Below, one piece after another: positions 1-12,585 of a stretch of DNA of 64,000 nt. The notes beneath the pieces are model-generated. The model searched no databases. It saw nothing but the letters and a program-made list of their open reading frames with translations, and was not told the origin of the DNA. Each line of letters opens with the position of its first letter. Positions within the stretch are counted from its first letter, which is position 1. The stretch is from assembly GCA_951406725.2 (NCBI GenBank), contig OX597839.1:27156001-27220000 (forward strand), in the 5' to 3' direction. Made by a program: the position numbers and the translations under genes. The DNA comes from Octopus vulgaris (lineage: Eukaryota).

Positions 1-306
1 TATACGACGGGCTTCTTTCAGTTTCCGTCTACCAAATCCACTCACGAGGTTTTGGTCGGCCCGAGGCTATAGTAGAAGACATTTGCCCAAAGTGCCACGC
101 AGTGGGACTGAACCCAGAACCATATGGCTGGTAAGCAAGCTACTTACCATACAGCCACTTCTGTTTATTTATATTTCTTAATATTTTTGTAGCTACTGAT
201 CCCATTTCAATTCTAGCTGGGTTTAAAAATCTTCAGGTGAGCTTATAGCTACCATTAAGGTTTGTGATCTTTGAAGAATGGGTCATTTTATTTTAGATGA
301 TATAAT

Positions 307-521
307 TTATTTCTTTACTACCCAGAAGGGGCCAAACACAGAGGGGACAAACAAGGACAGATATCGACCCCAGTGCGTAACTGGTACTTAATTTATCGAC
401 CCCGAAAGGATGAAAGGCAAAGTCGACCTCGGCGGAATTTGAACTCAGAACGTAACGGCAGACGAAATACGGCTACGCATTTCGCCCAGCGTGCTAACGT
501 TTCTGCCAGCTCCCTGCCGCC
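307..521 (-). mobile_element. tRNA-derived SINE family B (Nin/Deu-like central domain), full copy with 16-bp TSD
   Basis: A-box tggcagaaacgttag, B-box gagttcaaattc and core gcctttcatcctttcggggtcgataaattaagtaccag on the minus strand; TSD ttttagatgatataat at 291-306 and 522-537. Confidence 0.9.
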
Positions 522-959
522 TTTTAGATGATATAATGAAATGTAACGGAATTTGGCTGCTGTTTTAGCAGGTCGAGTGACCACTTTAGAGCCTTCTTTC
601 TTTTCTTGGCTCCGTCGGTCATATTTAGACTTCTAACAGAAGCAATTTCTATGTCTGTCTGTCTGTCTCTCTCATCGATGTCTCTATCTCTCCGCTCTCC
701 CTCCATCTTCCCTTGTCTTTCTCTCTCTCTCCCCTCCATTTCCTTTTCCTCTCTCTCTTCCTACCGCCACTCGCTACCTCCCCACCCTCTCTCTCTCTCT
801 CTCTCTCGCTTCCGTCTTTCACCTCTCTTGCTCACGTCTCTCTCTCTCCCCCTCTTGCTTTCTCATCCACCTATCTCTTCTCCCTTTCCCTCTCTTTTTT
901 CCTTCTCATTTCTCTATCTATCTTTCTTGAGCTAAAAGTAAAAATAGAAAGAGACAGAG

Positions 960-997
<38 letters not shown>

Positions 998-1392
998 AGA
1001 GAGGGGGAGTCTGAGAGACAAAGTGAAAGGGAGAGAGAAATATAAAAGACAGAAAGTAAAAGGGGGACTAAGAGAAAGAGGGATAGGGAGAGAGAAACAA
1101 ATAAGAGAGAGCGTGAGAGGGGGGAGAGAAGGAGGGGGAAAATGAAGAGATTGTGGCTTAGTAGGGTTTTTTTGATTGAGATACAAAACCAGCAATTCTG
1201 GTGTGGAGGGAGTGAGTCAATTAGATCGACCCCAGTGTATCACTAGTACTTATTTTATCAATCCCGAAAGGATGAAAAACGAAAGTCGACCTCGGCGGAA
1301 TTCGATCTCAGAACGTAAAGACAGACGAAATGCCGCGAAGCATTTTGCAAGCGCGCTAACGATTCTGCCAGCTTGCCAATAAAGACCCTTTC

Positions 1393-1859
1393 TGGATGCC
1401 TGTATCCCTGGAGATTACATCAGGGTAGGAGAGTGTGCGCCCTCTGGTATCGTGAGTAGATGGCTTCCGGAGGAGGAGAGTAGAAATTACCTCTTTTTCA
1501 GCTCTACAACAATGTCCAGCAAACTGGACTCTCCTACCTTTCACAAGAGATGACACAGGTGGTAGTTTCCCATATAATTGCATTTTGGTTGGATGACCAA
1601 ATTTACCATGCTACGCCAGACTTCACGGTCCATCATGGCATTACAGAGGTCCTGTTGCTGGATGCCTGTATCTCTGGAGATTACATCAGGGTAGGAGAGT
1701 GTGCGCCCTCTGGTATTGCGAGTAGATGGCTTCCAGAGGAGAAGAGTAGAAATTGCCTCGTTTTCAGCTCTACAACAATGTCCAGCAAACTGGACTCTCC
1801 TACCTTTCACAAGAGATGATACAGGTGGTAGTTTCCCATATATTTGTACTCTGGTTAGT
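1393..1859 (-). mobile_element. RTE-clade LINE 3' ORF fragment, tandemly duplicated
   Basis: Translates YGKLPPVSSLVKGRRVQFAGHCCRAE..LLWKP..SYPDVISRDTG twice; second copy continues AMMDREVWRSMV. Confidence 0.8.
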
Positions 1860-1984
1860 AGGTTACATCGGCCCCGTTTTTCAAGCACGCTAACGATTCC
1901 TCCAGCTTGCTAATAATGGCCCTAGATGCGGAGGGGTAAGTCGATTAAAGCGACCCCTATACTCTTGACTGGTACTTTATTTTA

Positions 1985-2573
1985 TCTGTTTCTTTATAAC
2001 CCACAAGGGGCTAAACATAGAGGGGACAAACAAGGACAGACAAACGGATTAAGTCGACTATATCGACCCAATATGTAACTGGTACTTAATTTATCGACCC
2101 CGAAAGGATGAAAAGCAATGTCGACCTCGGCGGAATTTGAACTCAGAACGTAAAGACGAAAGAAATACCTATTTCTTTACTACCCCCAAGGGGCTAAACG
2201 CAGAGAGGACAAACGGATTAAGTCGATTACATCGACCCCAGTGCGTAGCTGGTACTTAATTTATCGACCCCGAAAGGATGAAAGGCAAAGTCGACCTCGG
2301 CGGACATTTGAACTCAGAACGTTACGGCAGACGAAATACCTATTTCTTTACTAACCCCAAGGGGCTAAACACAGAGAGGATAAACAAGGACAGACAAACG
2401 GATTAAGTCGATTACATCGACCCCAGTGCGTAACTGGTACTTAATTTATGGACCCCGATAGGATGAAAAGCAAAGTCGACCTCGGCGGAATTTGAACTCA
2501 GAACGTAACGGCAGACGAAATACGGCTACGCATTTCGCCCGGCGTGCTAACGTTTCTGCCAGCTCGCCGCCTT
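1985..2573 (-). mobile_element. SINE family B head-to-tail trimer
   Basis: Three ~180-190 bp units joined at gaaatacc|tatttc. Confidence 0.85.
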
Positions 2574-2919
2574 CTGGTACTTTATTTTATCGACACTAAA
2601 AGGATGAAAGGCAAAGCTGACGTAGGTAGCTTTTGAACTCAGTGCTGGAGGATATAACACTAAGCATTTTGTTCGACGCGCTAACGACTCTGCCAGCTTG
2701 CCACGCTTTGGGATGTTTTTTTTTTGTTTTCTTTTAATCTAGGCCCAAGGCCAGAAATATTGAAGGGAAGAGATAAGACAATGTCATTGACACCCCCAGT
2801 GTCTAAAAGCAAAGTTGAAATCAGCGGGATTTGAACTCGGCAGGCGAAGGGCTGGGACAGATATTGCAGGGCAATATTTTTCACGACAATAACGATTTTA
2901 CCAGCTTGCCACCTTAATG

Positions 2920-3408
2920 TGAAGAAGAAGAAGAAGATAATGATGATGAAGAAGAAGGAGGAGGAGGAGAAGATGATGAAGGAGGGGGGAAGAGGGGAAG
3001 AAGGAGGAGGAAGAGGGAGGAGGAGAAGAAGAGCAGGAGAAGATGGAGGTGGAGGAGAATATGATAAAGATGATGAAGAAGGAGGAAGAAGAGGAGAAGA
3101 TGATGAAGGAGGAGCAGAAGGAGAAAGAGGGGGAGGAAGAGGGGAAGAAGGAGGAGAAGAAGAAGCAGAAGATGAAGAGCAGGAGAAGATGGAGGTGGAG
3201 GAGAGAAGTATGATAGTAAAAGAGAAAGAGAGAAAGAGAAAAGGAGAGAGAGAGAATCGGCAAAGTAGAAAGATAAAGAGAGATAGAGAAAGACGGAGAG
3301 AGAGAGGGGTGGAAAGGTAGGAAAAAGAGAGAGACAGGTGTAAAAAGGAGCAGTTAAAAATGGAGGGAAGTGTGTGTGAGATAGAGAGATAGAGAGATAA
3401 ATAGGGTT

Positions 3409-3441
<33 letters not shown>

Positions 3442-4822
3442 TGGGTGTGTAGTGGTAGGAGGGAGAGAAAGAGAGATAATTGAATTATAAGAAGTATGGC
3501 ACTAAGTGAACGAAAGAGTAAGCATTAAAGGAGAGAGGGAGTTGGGAAGGAAGGATGATAGAGAGAGAGAGACAGAGAAAGGAAGAGAGAAAGAGCGGGA
3601 GGAAGAAAGAGAGAGAAAGAGAGAAAGGGATAGGTTAAAGAGGAGTAGTTAAAAAACTAAAGCTAAAAATGTGTAAAAGAGAGAGAGAGGGGGAGACGAG
3701 GGAAAAGGGAGAAAGATAGAGAAGTAATAGAGAGAACTATGAAAGTAAAGTGACAGAGAGAGAGATAGATGGAGAAAGAGATAGAGAAAAACTGAGAGTT
3801 GAATAGCAAAATGTACGAAAGGGAGAGAGAGAGAGAGATAGAAAGAGTGAGAGAGAGAGAGTGAAAGAGTGAAAGAGTGAGAGAGTGAGAGAGAAGTGCA
3901 ATCGTCTGCTTTGAAATGAAAACGAAAAGGTAAAAAAGTAGAAGAGAAGTGTTAGGTAAACTATAAGAGAAGGGGAGGAGGAGGAGAATAGAGAAGGATA
4001 GAGTAAAAGAAGTGTGGAAAGAGGTTAAGGGACAAAGTGTGAAGGTAACAGTTATAAGGGAGTGAGGGGGAATGGGAGAGGGTTGAGTGTTATGAGAACG
4101 ATATACTATAACGTGAAAGAGAGGGGAGAAGAAGAGAGTGAAGGGAAAGAGAGAGGAGATAGTCAGAGAGAGAGAGGGAGAGAGAGGTAAGAAGGGAACG
4201 TTGAAAGACGAGATACAGTGTCAAAGGGGAGAGAGAAAAGACAGAGTGAGAGAGAGAGAAAAAGAGAAAGAGAGAGAGAAAGAGAGAGAAGAGAGGAAGA
4301 GAGAGAAGAGAGGAAGAGAGAGAGAAGACCGAGAAAGCAGACGATAGAAGGGTAGGGGTTGGAGTGAAAAAGGAAACGAAAGAGAGATTGAAAGACAGAG
4401 AGAGAGAGAGAGTGAAAGTATCAAAGGAGAGAAGAAAGAGAGAGGCAGAGAGGGACGAGTAAACAGACGATAAAAAGGGAATGAGGTGTGTGAAGACGAG
4501 AGAGATAGATAGACAGAAAGAGGAAGAGAGAGGGACGTGTAAACAACTGATAAAATGAGGATGAGGTGAGTGAAGATGAGGGAGAAAGACAAAGAGAGAG
4601 AGAGGGGTGATAGAAAGAGAGCGACAGATAGGGAGAGGTTGAGAGAAAGAATGTTTGAGACAGGAAGAGGGAAGAAAAGAGAAAGAAGTAGAAGATTGAG
4701 CGGAGTAGAGTTACAGGTGGTGGAGGTGGGAGTGTGTTCGGTAATAAAGGAATCAGTGGAGTTTATATTATGTTCAATATGAGAGACGGCGATAGAATTA
4801 GAGAATCGGAATAGAGATAGCG

Positions 4823-4853
<31 letters not shown>

Positions 4854-4923
4854 TTTGTATGCTTATGTGTGTGTGTCTGTGCGCGTGTGTGTGCTTGTGT
4901 GTGTGTGTGTGTGTGTGTGTGTT

Positions 4924-4960
<37 letters not shown>

Positions 4961-5734
4961 TAGTGACTTGATGTAATGGATGGCAATTGAGTGTGACGGA
5001 ATGAGAGAATAATGAAAACGAGCAGTGATAAGCGAATAAGAGATATTGAGTGAGTGAGTGAGTGAGTGAGAGCGATAGATTAAGAGATATTGAGAGAGTG
5101 AGAGAGAGAGAGTGTGTGATAGATTTATAGACATTGAGAGAGAGAGGGGGAGAGTGGGAGAGAGAGAAATAGAAAGATTAATAAATATTGAGTGAGGGAG
5201 ATAGATTACGAAAGTGATAGATTAAGAGGTATTAAGAGAGTGAATGAGAGCGAACGACTAAAATATATGGAAGGAGTTATGCAATAAGAAATGGTGACGG
5301 CATAAAAGAGCGATAGAATAGGAATGAAGAGAGGGTGAGATAGATAGGGAGATAAATGAAGGTTTAGAGAGAAAAGGGGACGAGGGAACAGTATAAGGGA
5401 GCGATGAAAATGAGGGAAAGAGAGAGGGAGAGAGAGGAAAGTGAGAGAGAGAAGGTGAGAGAAAAATCTAAGTTAATGAATGAATGGATAAGAATAATAA
5501 GGAAAGGAGACAAGATTAGAGAGGTGAGGAGCGGGAAGAGGAGAGAGAGAGAGGGAAAGAGATAAAGAGACAGAAAGGGAGAAGGGAAGAGAGATGGGTG
5601 AGACAGAGAGGGAGAGGAAGAGAGAAAAATTGAGTAAATGAATGAATAAGAAGGAAAGGAAAGAAAGAAGAAGACAGAGTGCAGACGAGAGGAGCGGGAA
5701 GAGAAAGGAAGGGAGAGAGAGAGAGGGGGAAGTG

Positions 5735-5775
<41 letters not shown>

Positions 5776-5830
5776 ACATAGACGGAGATGGAGAAAGGCA
5801 AAGTGGAATAGGCAGCAAGGTAGTAGTAGT
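2920..5830 (+). repeat. ~2.9-kb GA-rich low-complexity tract upstream of the gene
   Basis: Strong purine skew on the + strand, interrupted by a (TG)n block at ~4820-4955. Confidence 0.9.
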
Positions 5831-6745
5831 AGTAAGAGGTAAACGTTAAACAATAGTGTGAGATATAGATGGAGTGTGAGAGAGGGGTAAAGAAGGGGAG
5901 GTTAATTGATGCGATTCTCTCTCTCTCTCTCTCTCTCCATGTAGTAAACAGATAGAGTCGCAGTGCAGAGGCTGCTGTAAACAGACATTTAAATGGAGAG
6001 ACGAGAGATTCGTGAGAAATACTCCCCATAGTATTTCTTCTCTCATCTGTGCTGCTATCAACTGGCCATCGTCGCCACCTCTTGCGAAAATACAACCCCC
6101 AGTTGTGTTCTTGTTAAAGGACAGGAGATTCTACAGCCATACATGTATTGTATGTATTTGTAAACGTGTGTTTATGTAGGGGTACCGTATATATATATAT
6201 GTGTATATATATGTGTGTATATATATATAGATGTCTGTATATATAAGGGTACGCTTGTTGTTCACCGTCGCATGTTTATCTGTTGAACAGAGACAGTGAT
6301 TGACAGGTCTATGTACACACACATAGATGCACAGAGAAAGAAAACATTACCAAAACGAAATTCTTCGCCTCAAAGACTAGACATCAACAATAATAATAAT
6401 AATTGTTAACATTACTGTTGTTGTTATTATTATTGTTATTATTATTAGCTGTTGTCAATCGAATTTGGAATATTTGGCTTCTTTTAATTGACGTTTAATT
6501 TCTTTAATTGGCAAACGAAAGCGGATTATTAGAATCGCGAATGCAAATGTAAAAAAAAAAACAGAAGAAGAGAAAAATGTTTATCTGAAATAATAAGGAA
6601 GATGTGACGACGATGTGTAGAAGAATGACTCGGATTGGATAAATAACGAAGGTTTTTTTGTAAAATAATTGTAGATAACACGATCAGTGGAGATATTTTT
6701 CATTGAGATCTATCATTGTCTTGGAATAATAACCCCTAAAAATCT

Positions 6746-8170
6746 ATGGCTTCGGATGAGAAGAAACTGTTGTCCGGTGCAAGTTACAAACCGGTTGTGA
6801 ATGACTGCGACAAGTTGTTGGTGGCGAGCAATGGATGCGACGGTTGTATTTCAAATAATCGATGTAATAACATGACGAAAGCGGCCAGTCATTGGTCGTC
6901 GGAACAAAACGGTGCGAGGAGATGTGCTGGCAATTCATCTTATATGGTACCCACTTACCATTCGTTACCCATGGATATCATAAAACGCACCGAATACCCG
7001 CAGCCCTCCTCCACTCCGTGTCGGGGCAACGGTTTAGCTGGGCACCACCACCACCATCATTATCACCACCATCACCACCATCATCTCACCACCAACTCCA
7101 ACATCAACAGCCTCAATAATACTCGTAACCACTCCAATAATAAACAACACAGCGGTTGTCACCCCCAGAAGGTTCACACCGGACCCCAGTACGGGTCGCC
7201 GCCGCCGTCGCTCAAGGACCGTAAAAGCTTCAAAAATGTGTTTGTGATCGGTTTTGCTTTTATGTTCGTCTACACAGCTTTCATGTCCCTTCAGAGTCTT
7301 CAAAGTTCTTTAAACACCGACGGAGGGGTCGGTGTTGTGTCGCTTAGTTGTATGTACGCTTCTACCGTCCTCTCGTGTCTGCTTGCTCCTTGGATTATCA
7401 GTAAACTAAAATGCAAGTGGACCATGGTATCTGCTTTTATTCTCTTTTCTGCTTACTTCGCTGCTAATTTTTACCCTAAACATTTCATGTTAATTCCAGC
7501 GGGCATGATTCTCGGTCTGTTGACCGGACCGTTGTGGAGTGCCCAGGCTACCCTTGTCACGACGATGGGTATTATGCATGCACAAAGAATACACAATTAC
7601 GACACAGATGCCGTCGTTAATAAATTCATGGGCATTTTTTACGCTTTCTACCAGAGTAGCCAAATTTGGGGTAACATAATCACAGCGACAGTTCTCTTTA
7701 ACAACGACACCGTGCAAGCTTATAACCCGGTTGTAGAGGTGTGGCGCAAAGCTGCTACCGCCCTCAACGAATCAACGGCTATATCGGCCTACATTTATTC
7801 GCGCCCTTCCTCGCTATCGTATTCCTCACAGTTCACCTGGAAGAAATGCGGTGCCAAATTCTGCGACCTGCCGTTTGCCGATCCTGGTGCTGAGTACCAC
7901 GACTATAACCCCATCGTGGCCGGAATATCGGACGATTCTCGACACATGCTTCTTGGAGTTTACCTGATTTGCGGCATCATGGGCGCCATCATAATTGTGG
8001 CCCTCCTGGACAAAGAGGGCCACAAGGAAGAGTCCTACGGCAACCTTTCGTCTCGTGAACTCTGCTTGGCCACCGTGCGAATGCTGTGCGACCCCAAATG
8101 CCAGTTGCTAATGCCGCTCGTCCTTTTCCTCGGTTTGCAACAAGGATTTCTTTTCGGAGATTTTACTAAG
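6746..8170 (+). CDS. UNC-93-like MFS membrane protein, first coding exon (475 codons, 3'-partial)
   Basis: ORF carries UNC-93 family motifs: KNVFVIGFAFMFVYTAFMSLQSLQSSLN, ANFYP, GPLWSAQ, FMGIFYAFYQSSQIWGNII, CGAKFC, LLMPL...QQGFLFGDFTK. Family-like sequence stops exactly at AAG|GTAAAC (donor at 8171, phase 0); the ORF tail 8171-8344 is intronic read-through. Confidence 0.92.
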
Positions 8171-8598
8171 GTAAACTCACTTCGTTTCTTCTTTGTTCTT
8201 CCTCTCACTACTACTTCGCCTCTTTTTAACTGTCATTCATTCATTCATTCACCATCGTTCGTTCATTCATTCATACATCCAGCCAGTCTGTCCGTCCGTC
8301 CGACTGTCTGCCAGCCCGCCCGCCAGTCTTGCCAACCTGGCTGACATTCATTCACTTGTTTGTATTTAAAGCTCTTCTTTTCTCGTTTCTTCTTCTTCTT
8401 CTTCTTCTTCTTCTTCTTCTTCTTCTTCTGCTGAAACCGTCGCCAAAGTTAATCGCAGTGATTTCGTTTGTGTGGATATGTGTATGTATGCGTGTGTGTG
8501 TTAAATATGTAAACACAATACAAACATACGTCATGATTCTATATTTAAAGTTACAGCATTTCCAATTACATGTGTGTGTGTGTGTATACAGATATGAT

Positions 8599-8656
<58 letters not shown>

Positions 8657-9668
8657 CGTGTGTGTGTATGTGTGTGTGTATGTGTGTGTGTGTGTATGTA
8701 TATGTGTGTGTATACACATGATTGTGCATCTGCATGTGTATGTGTGTGTGTGTGTGTGTGTATGTGTGTGTGTGTGTGTCTATGTATATGTGTGTGTATA
8801 CAGATATGATGATTGTGCGTGTATGTGTGTGTGTGTGTATGTGTGTGTGTCTTCTGTTTCTTGATTTTGATGACTTCGTCAGATTTCAGACGAGGGTCTC
8901 TTCAAAGCATATTTATCTATGCATCCCCTGTTGTCAGGTGTAGTTGGTGTAAATTTCCCAGGTAACGGGGACTTGAGATAGATAAAGGGGTTCGAAAGCT
9001 GATTTTCCCTTTTAAAAAATGTTCCCTTTTTATATACCAGACCACATTCCATATGCAGGGTCTCGGTTTCATTACACACTGCTACCTACGGGTCTCCCCA
9101 GGTGACTGCGTACTGCACTATACGTTACCTGTGGGTTTCCAGGTAACTGGGTGCCTACTACATGTTAACTGAAGGTATTATAAGATGACTGGGCGTCTAC
9201 TACATGTTAGATGTACGTTTTCCCATTACAGGGTTCTACTGCATGTTTGCTGTGGGTCTCCAGATGGCAGGGTACATACGATATGTTTGCTGCGGATTTT
9301 CAGATGAAAATGGGTCTAGCTACGTGCATCAATTGAGGGTTTTCTAGAAATTGGGTCTTACAACTTGCTTTTAGCTGTGAATCCCTTGAATAGTGCTTCT
9401 CAATCATTTTTAAACCTTTGGACCCCCTTTGATTTCTGCTTTATTCTATTGGGCCCTCATAATTATTCGACATTTTAAAAATCTTATATTTTTATAATCA
9501 AATACTGTTAGGAATTATATTGAAAAAATTGCTAAAATATTTTGTCTTGTAAATTGAACAAACGACGAGAGGTCCCTTCATTACATTCCTTCAGCTGGGG
9601 TCCTTATTGCACATAAACTTTAGCAAAAAAATGGAACCCTAAGGGTCATATGAACCCTTAGTCTAGAA

Positions 9669-10363
9669 CAGCGCCTTTTAAGCTTTTTTCATTCATGACC
9701 CCATATTTCATCACGAGAATTTTCGCGACCCCAGGTATTAAATATGAAATAAAACATACATACAAATACATAAATCATTTTTTTTTTTACTAAACAATAG
9801 AGATATGAAAAAAGTAGTTATATTATTTGTCAGTAGTGGTTAGAGCAGCGGACTCGCGGTTTCGATTCCCAGACTGGGCGTTGTGTGTGTTTATTGAGCG
9901 AAAACACCTAAAGCTCCACGAAGCTCCGGCAGGGGATGGTAGCGAACCCTGCTGTACTCTTTCACCACAACTTTCTCTCACTCTTTCTTCCTGTTTCTGT
10001 TGCGCCTGTATTTCAAAGGGGCCAGCCGTGTCACTCTCTGTGTCACGCTGAATCTCCCCGAGAACTACGTTAAGGGTACACGTGTCTGTGGAATGCTCAG
10101 CCACTTGCACGTTAATTTCACGAGCAGGCCGTTCCGTTGATCGGATCAACTGGAACCCTCATCGTCGTAACCGACGGAATGCCGCGATAATTTGTCACCA
10201 TGAAAGTAGTTTTAGGATTTGTGCATTTATAAAATAACATATAAACTGAAATTCAAGTGTTTGAATTTAATTTTCGCGACCCTCCTATTTGGGGTCGCGA
10301 CCCCAGCATTTTACTTTGCGACCCTCCTATTTGGGGTCGCGACCCTTAGTTTCAGAAGCGCTG
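9669..10363. mobile_element. hAT (Charlie-like) non-autonomous element with nested SINE C
   Basis: TIR cagcgc.../...gcgctg; 8-bp TSD gtctagaa at 9661-9668 and 10364-10371. Confidence 0.85.
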
Positions 10364-10371
10364 GTCTAGAA

Positions 10372-10557
10372 CAATGCTCCGTAACCTTTTTTCGCTTGCC
10401 AGTACACTTAGATTGTTTTCAAAATTCGGCGGCACACCTGAGCTAAAATATAACTAACAATACAGGAAAAAAAATTATATTCAGGTTACACAGCGGCACA
10501 CCTAGTATCGTCTCGTGACCCACCAGTGTGCCGTGACATACCGGCTGCGGAGCTCTG
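10372..10557. mobile_element. Second hAT-like MITE
   Basis: caatgctccgtaacc.../...ggctgcggagctctg imperfect TIRs, cggcacac subterminal motifs. Confidence 0.6.
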
Positions 10558-10637
10558 CCCGTTGATAACTGTGGCTTTCTGGATGGTAATGTTTTCCTTT
10601 TTACAACCTGTTGATAGCTGTACTCTCTTTTTTTACT

Positions 10638-10847
10638 CTTTTACTTGTTTCAGTCATTTGACTGCGGCCATGCTGGAGCACCGCCTTTAGTCGAGCAACT
10701 CGACCCCGGGGCTTATTCTTTTTGTAAGCCCAGTACTTATTCTATCGGTCTCTTTTGCCGAACCGCTAAGTAACGGGGACATAAACACACCAACATCGGT
10801 TGTCAAGCAATGCTAGGGGGACAAACACAGACACACAAACACACACA

Positions 10848-10884
<37 letters not shown>

Positions 10885-11053
10885 ATATATACGACGGGCT
10901 TCTTTCAGTTTCCGTCTACCAAATCCACTCACAAGGCATTGGTCGACCCGAGGCTATAGTAGAAGACACTTGCCCAAGGTGCCACGCAGTGGGACTGAAC
11001 CCAGAACCATGTGGTTGGTAAACAAGCAACTTACCACACAGCCACTCCTGCAC
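10638..11053 (-). mobile_element. tRNA-derived SINE family A (CORE-like ccttgggcaag motif, internal TA/TG microsatellite)
   Basis: Head gtggctgtgtggtaag...gggttcagtcccac, tail atgactgaaacaagtaaaagag; about 20 copies in the window. Confidence 0.9.
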
Positions 11054-11252
11054 CTGTAGTGACAACAAGTTGTAAAAGTGGGTTTTACAATCGGTCGATA
11101 ACTGTGTGCGCCTTGGTGGGAATCGGTTTTTACAACCTGTTGATTGCTGTCGGTTTCCAGGTGAAAATCGCGTTTATAACCAGTTAAAACCTCTGGATTT
11201 CTGGATTAAAATGGGTTATGCAACCTGTTGATTTCTAGCCTGTTGATTTCTA

Positions 11253-11379
11253 CAGGGTGTCCACAATGTCTGGGTACATGGAGTAAATAAAATCATAACA
11301 TAAAGAATTAAATATAAGAAATAATAATCTCTTAAAGTATGTGTTAATCCCCATGTACCCAGACCTTGTGGACACCCTG
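11253..11379. mobile_element. Tc1/mariner-type MITE
   Basis: ~29-bp TIRs cagggtgtccacaa.gtctgggtacatgg, TA TSD on both sides. Confidence 0.88.
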
Positions 11380-11560
11380 TAGAATGCTGGTGGTGGTGGG
11401 GGACTCCTAGTTAATTGAGAATTTATCTGTCTGTCTGTCCGTCCGTTCGTCTGTCTGTCTGTCTATGCGTGTATGTATGTATAAATGTATGCACAATGTC
11501 TTAAGGCGATGCTCCAGCATGGCCGCAGTCAAATGACTGAAACAAGTAAAAAATAAAAGA

Positions 11561-11602
<42 letters not shown>

Positions 11603-11701
11603 GTGATGTTATGTTAAGTGTTGTTAGGTGCATATATATCTGTTTATACAATGTCACGTTGTATAATGTTAGTTGTTGTTTTATATTGTAGTATAATGTG
11701 T

Positions 11702-11733
<32 letters not shown>

Positions 11734-12011
11734 ATTTCGTTCTTGTATTTGGTTTGCAAGATTGTTGATGTGAATTCGTTGTTGAAATAAATCCTGCTGT
11801 GTCTTGGGAGGGTCATCACGCCCAAAATAACATACGCATCGATTCAATATCACTTCTTTGTTGTTAGTCGATTGGTTAATTATTCATATATATATATATA
11901 TATATACCGGAGTAAACACATAGATGTGAAACAAGGTGGAAAAAAGAGTACTCAAATACCAGTGGTAGAGTAATATGCTTTATTTAAAAGTAGCAGAAAA
12001 TTCAACAAAAC

Positions 12012-12049
12012 CTGTTACTCTGAGTTTCACGTTCCCGTTCGTCAGACAG
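12012..12049 (-). ncRNA. Minimal type I hammerhead ribozyme, intact core
   Basis: Minus strand reads ctgt CTGACGA acg ggaa cgt GAAA ctc a gag TA acag: stem I ctgt/acag, stem II with GNRA loop, short stem III, GUA site. Confidence 0.8.
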
Positions 12050-12064
12050 TTTTTGCTAGAAAAA

Positions 12065-12102
12065 CTGTCCGACGAACGGGAACGTGAAACTCAGAGTAAC
12101 AG
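12065..12102 (+). ncRNA. Inverted copy of the same hammerhead with core variant CCGACGA
   Basis: ctgt CCGACGA acg ggaa cgt GAAA ctc a gag TA acag; right arm of the 11973-12141 inverted repeat. Confidence 0.7.
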
Positions 12103-12135
12103 GTTTTGTTGAATTTTCTGCTGCTTTTAAATAAA

Positions 12136-12213
<78 letters not shown>

Positions 12214-12392
12214 GAAATTTTGAATTTAGTTCGCGGGCTCCCAGTAGTACCTTTTGCGGATCACCAGGGGTCTGCGGATCCCAGGTCGAGAACCACTGGT
12301 ATAGTAGAGGAAACTTGCCCAATGTGCACGCATTAGGACTGAACCCGGAACCGTATCGTTGGGAAGGAAGCTTCTTACCACACAGTTGTATA

Positions 12393-12424
<32 letters not shown>

Positions 12425-12427
<3 letters not shown>

Positions 12428-12585
12428 GAATGACAGGTACAACTCATTTTTGCCACCTGAGTGGACTGGAGCAATAAAGTGAAATAAAATGTCTTGCTCA
12501 AGGACTCAACGCATCGCCGGGAATTGAACTCACGACCTTACGAATGTGAGCCGAATGCCCTAACCACTAAGCCACGCGCCTTCAC
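12425..12585 (-). mobile_element. Older tRNA-derived SINE (family D; relatives ~14655-14755, ~20930-21140, ~52715-52780)
   Basis: Minus strand gtggcttagtggttaggg...gagttcaattccc...ccttgagcaagac. Confidence 0.7.

Noticed and set aside
2898-6095. Glu/Arg-rich and Leu/Ser-rich ORFs
   Set aside because: Artefacts of the GA-rich low-complexity tract.
8171-8344. C-terminal 57 aa of the 532-aa ORF
   Set aside because: Follows a GT donor, runs through (TTCA)n/(CCGT)n repeats and loses UNC-93 similarity.
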